A DNA stretch of 64,000 nucleotides, taken from positions 121,938 through 185,937 of the forward strand of contig NIVC01000555.1 of NCBI GenBank assembly GCA_002269645.1. Direction: 5' to 3'. The notes below the pieces were generated by a model that was not told the DNA's origin, ran no database searches, and saw only the letters and a program-made list of their open reading frames with translations. The DNA comes from Macrostomum lignano. Taxonomy: Eukaryota. This document shows, piece after piece, positions 59,803 through 64,000 of this stretch (position 1 is its first letter; each line of letters begins with the position of its first letter). The translations under genes were made by a program, and so were the position numbers.

Positions 59803-61893
59803 TCAAATCTTCACACCAAAAACTGACTAAAGCCTGTGGATTGGCTCTGCACACTATTGACTAATCGATTCCGAATACAGTTAACATTTTCTACTACCCT
59901 TTATGCATGGCAAAAGTGATCTTTTTAGCTACGAGCTGTTTGAATAATTTTTGTAATTGGTATTGTATTTGTTCTTGTTGCGCGATAGTTGGCTGTATCA
60001 ACTGCATATACTCGTACCTGTACTACTGCCTACAATGTTTGCAATATTCAAGCTATCAGTAAGTGAAGTAGCTGGCCAGCTGCGGATAATGCAACATAAT
60101 TTTAATTTCAGTATCGATTAGTTTTCTTCTGGTGACTTTTGAACTGCAATTTACTCCCTATCAATATCCCTATATTTACTCCCTTAGAATATTGTGCTAG
60201 CAATTTAGCTTCACTTACTTTGGGGGACTGTACTATATCGCCTTGGGGAACAGTCTCGTCTCAGCTGGAAAACTACGTGTACTATACCTATACCATTAAT
60301 TATCCAATGCGATCCAGAAGTTGGTGTCGTAGAAGCAGTGTTTTATTGCAGTCTTTGTCCGTTCATCGTGTACTCTTTAGTTTCGTTATTTTTGGCAAAT
60401 GCATTGCCGCTTCATTTTATTGTCTATGTCCCAACCTGGCGTATCTCTGCAAGCCTAGAACCATAAGAATTCTGGTTGTTTTTAGTTGCACAATACAAGC
60501 TGCTGCCTGATCAAGGCTAAAGCGTTTTCTTATTCTTTCAAAAGTGAAGTCAGTTCATGACACTATTTTTCTATATTTCCTTGATAGACAGGCATGTTTA
60601 CTCATTAGTCAGAGTAAACAGGTAGAAATTTTAGGCCGGCTCCTTTACTCAAGGATTTGCTGATCAAGTGCTACTCACGCTAGACAATGTAAATTACATC
60701 CTTGAGCAGTGATGATCTCCTAAATAGCAGGTATGAGGGGGATTTTCGGAAATTGTTTCCACTTCCTCTATAATGCCAATAGTTTTGCATTTAGTATTCC
60801 AAAAAGAAATAAAAATGGGAGTCGACTTTGTTAAAAAAAACGTTCCTCCATAATCCCATTAATTATATCTGTATTATCCCCACAGAATATAGTCAGAATG
60901 CCCGATCAGCCCTCTCGCAGAAAAATCTGCCGCAAAAAGTATTTGCATATATAGCTACCTTTGTTGTGAAGAAAGATAGTGGTCACTTATACTTACGCGT
61001 ATTCGGCGTGGAGGGGTTGTGCCATAGACGACTGAGACTGCAGTCTCATATATATATATACTGTATATTCTGTGGCCGCTGCTGCAGCTACTGACATTCC
61101 CCAAAGAGTGATTATCCCCAAAGAAATCGCATTGCTCATACCTCATTCAGGTGTCTGCCCAAAGCCAGATCCCAACAGCTTTCAACCACCAGTACAGTGT
61201 GGAGAGCTCAAACAAGGCTGTCGCCAGGTTTAGGCTCAGCGGAGACGGAGAGGATGAGTTTTGGGAGAGAGTACGCAGGAGAGCAGAGAGAAGCTTGCCC
61301 GGAAGGAGAAACAGACAGAATTGAACAGCGAAGGCTATTCCTAAAGTAAGGCAATTGTACTCTCCACCTTTCTACCTGCTGAGCCAGCAGAGGCTGTATC
61401 GATTTTTCTGACTTAGCATCCCCTCAGCAGCGGTCGCAGTCCCCAACGTTTGCGTCCATTTTTAAGCGTTGCGGAATTTCTCTTTTACGCCTGCGAGCCA
61501 TTGAGCTAGCATCTCACAAAGGCGCTTCTGTTGATTGGGTTAACAAGTTGAAGCCGAACCAGATATTGCCAGAACCAGATACTGCAGTATCCAATATTGC
61601 ATTAAAGCTGTCATGACAAGTATTGTGCGTTTCTGTCTACTTATAGTAAAGCAACATCAAAATGCTCCTATTTTATGCCAGATTCTTTGACAACTTTAAT
61701 ATCACATTCTCTCAATGACTCAAACTGCAGAGCAATCTCGTGAATTTCTTTACTACTCAAGACAACTCTCTCTTCACTTCAATTGGGTTTCTCTACCAAC
61801 ATCTGACCACCATCAGCAGAGATGGTATGTCTGTTCTTCTCCCCTCAAGACCAAGTCGAGACTCAAATAGCTGCGAATTAAAATATTCAAGCC

Positions 61894-61943
61894 CATGGAC
61901 AACTAGAGCTGTCCTAGTTTTCTAGTTACTCTAGTTGTCCATG
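61894..61943. mobile_element. 50-bp hAT-type MITE, duplicated copy
   Basis: Same TIRs; TSD ttcaagcc at 61886-61893 and 61944-61951. Confidence 0.85.
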
Positions 61944-62269
61944 TTCAAGCCTCTAACAATATTAGCTGTATTTGGCGCTAAAAACCAACCCTCTTTGTAA
62001 AATTTTACCTCAAAAGCCAACTCCCTGTACCATATTGGGTTTTACAATGGATAGAGATAACGTTATCGTAAACGTATAAGTATCGATAAGGATACTGTGT
62101 CGTTTCAAAACCCTATCTCTGCATCCTTATCAATTTGTAAGGATCACTCTGATCGCAGTCAGATTATAAGTTATGAACAGTTTTTTGTCTGGTTAACTCG
62201 GTGTCAAAATTTTTTCTTTTGGTAAAATAACATTTTTAAAGAAGTAATTATAAGCATCCACAGTCTGCA

Positions 62270-62445
62270 TTACCTAAATAGCTCCAGAACGAGTTGGCAG
62301 CAGTCTAAACAGCCGATGCAGAAGTAGCTCAGAGAGGAGCAGCCTCCGACCGTAGCAGCACTTCAGCTGCCAGTTGGTACTGCTGGGTCGGCCAGCTCAA
62401 ACTGCGACTGCTCCTCCAGCTGCACTGGCGGAGCGTTAAGATCGC
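62270..62445 (-). pseudogene. CYSTM-like pseudogene fragment, copy B
   Basis: KCDLNAPPVQLEEQSQFELADPAVPTGS*SAATVGGCSSLSYFCIGCLDCCQLVLELFR-stop; TGA at 62363-62365. Confidence 0.55.
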
Positions 62446-62700
62446 ACTTTTACGACATGCTGGATGGCTAACAATTTCGGGCTTGTAGGTCCTTGGATTT
62501 TCGTTGGCGTTCGATTTTGTACGATCGCTATCGATCTGCACTGAATATCCTTGTCGCTGTTGCAGTCTCTGCGCAAGGAAATCTATTTATACTGTATGTG
62601 TGCACAGTAAGTCTCTTCCAAGTCTTGCTCATTTCCATACTAATGGCCAGTAAGTGCTACTGCAATCAGCCTTTTATCAGGCTAGTTTACACCCACGCTG

Positions 62701-63229
<529 letters not shown>

Positions 63230-63406
63230 GACACCATACAAATATGCAAACGACTTTTATGTAGTCTCTGAGTGTACTTCAGTGTATTGTTGTGTAGAGT
63301 AGTGTACTATAGTTGAGCAGTAATGTTTAGTACAATGTTCTGTATAAGCAATAATTGGAAATAAAAGTACGCGGTGATTGTTCAATATTAAATAGACTAG
63401 ATTGAA

Positions 63407-63649
63407 TCAGTCAGGGCTTGAAAAGGTTGGCAATATCCAGGCCACACACGAGACACACTCAATATCCAAGCAGATGTGGATGCAGCAGCAGACATTTTCC
63501 AGAGTCTCCATCTTGCTCGTCTCTGCTTTTGTGTCCTCCACTGAAGTTGCAATAATTTTCTTCCGATCTGACGAGCCTGCAGGCTGATCTAGCGTTGCGT
63601 CATGAGGTGCTTCGAAGACCGCCTTGTTCATGTCTTTCGAGTTTTTCAT
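63407..63649 (-). CDS. CYSTM-like small protein, copy B of 46937 with altered ends (80 aa from second ATG)
   Basis: First ATG is 2 nt out of frame; a net +8-nt change turns the tail CLACLECGLDIANLFKP into CLDIECVSCVAWILPTFSSPD. Confidence 0.5.
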   Translation of the reverse strand: MKNSKDMNKAVFEAPHDATLDQPAGSSDRKKIIATSVEDTKAETSKMETLENVCCCIHICLDIECVSCVAWILPTFSSPD

Positions 63650-64000
63650 TTCAGTAGCTTTGCAGCGTCTCGGGTGAGAATGCCATTTATAGACTCTTCC
63701 CAATCGTCAGTTTAAATGTATTCACAACGCGAAGTTGCCACACTTTGCCAGTACAGCAAGCCAGGTCGTGTACATACATGTAGTAGAGCTTATCACTAGG
63801 CATTATAGATAAGTTTTGTGACTATTTTTTGGCGTACGTTGGTGACACTTCGGCTAAAAATACTTTGAATGAGCCAAGCCATTTATTTCGGCCATGATAA
63901 TAAACATACTTTTAAAAAAGCAACTTTTTTGCTGAAAGCAAAATTTGCACTCTCGTTCATGCATGCTGAATTAATATGCCGTACGGAGCGCATGATATGC

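Overview
Eukaryotic (invertebrate metazoan) genomic DNA with spliceosomal introns. The GACA microsatellites, GC-rich Ala/Ser/Gly-rich exons and repeat load resemble the flatworm Macrostomum, but that is an unconfirmed impression. 1-10.3 kb: minus-strand gene with at least 11 coding exons for a signal-peptide protein with at least 10 MAM domains, running off the left edge; its introns carry minisatellites. 10.8-21 kb: a 5.5-kb 21-bp satellite and other repeats. 21.6-23 kb: intronless RhoGAP. 24.7-64 kb: a tandemly duplicated, TE-interrupted cluster of small lineage-specific genes. It holds four paralogous all-helical proteins (one keeps an ApoL/alpha-pore-former-like Gly/Ala hairpin), a 422-aa helical protein, an LRAT/PLAAT-type enzyme ending in CaaX, six CYSTM-like Cys-tail loci, two WSC+PAN/Apple copies and a ShKT-like exon. 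The helical genes and the LRAT gene share upstream Rel/kB-like 9-mers phased at about 11 bp. My main hypothesis (inference) is a co-regulated membrane-targeting defence/stress cluster. Mobile elements: broken tyrosine recombinase split by a foldback element, RT-RNase H LINE nested in a 3.18-kb insertion, 127-bp LINE tail with 13-bp TSD, two 50-bp hAT-type MITEs, two CORE-type SINEs, Tc1 remnant. Several frameshifts sit in short homopolymers and may be assembly errors.
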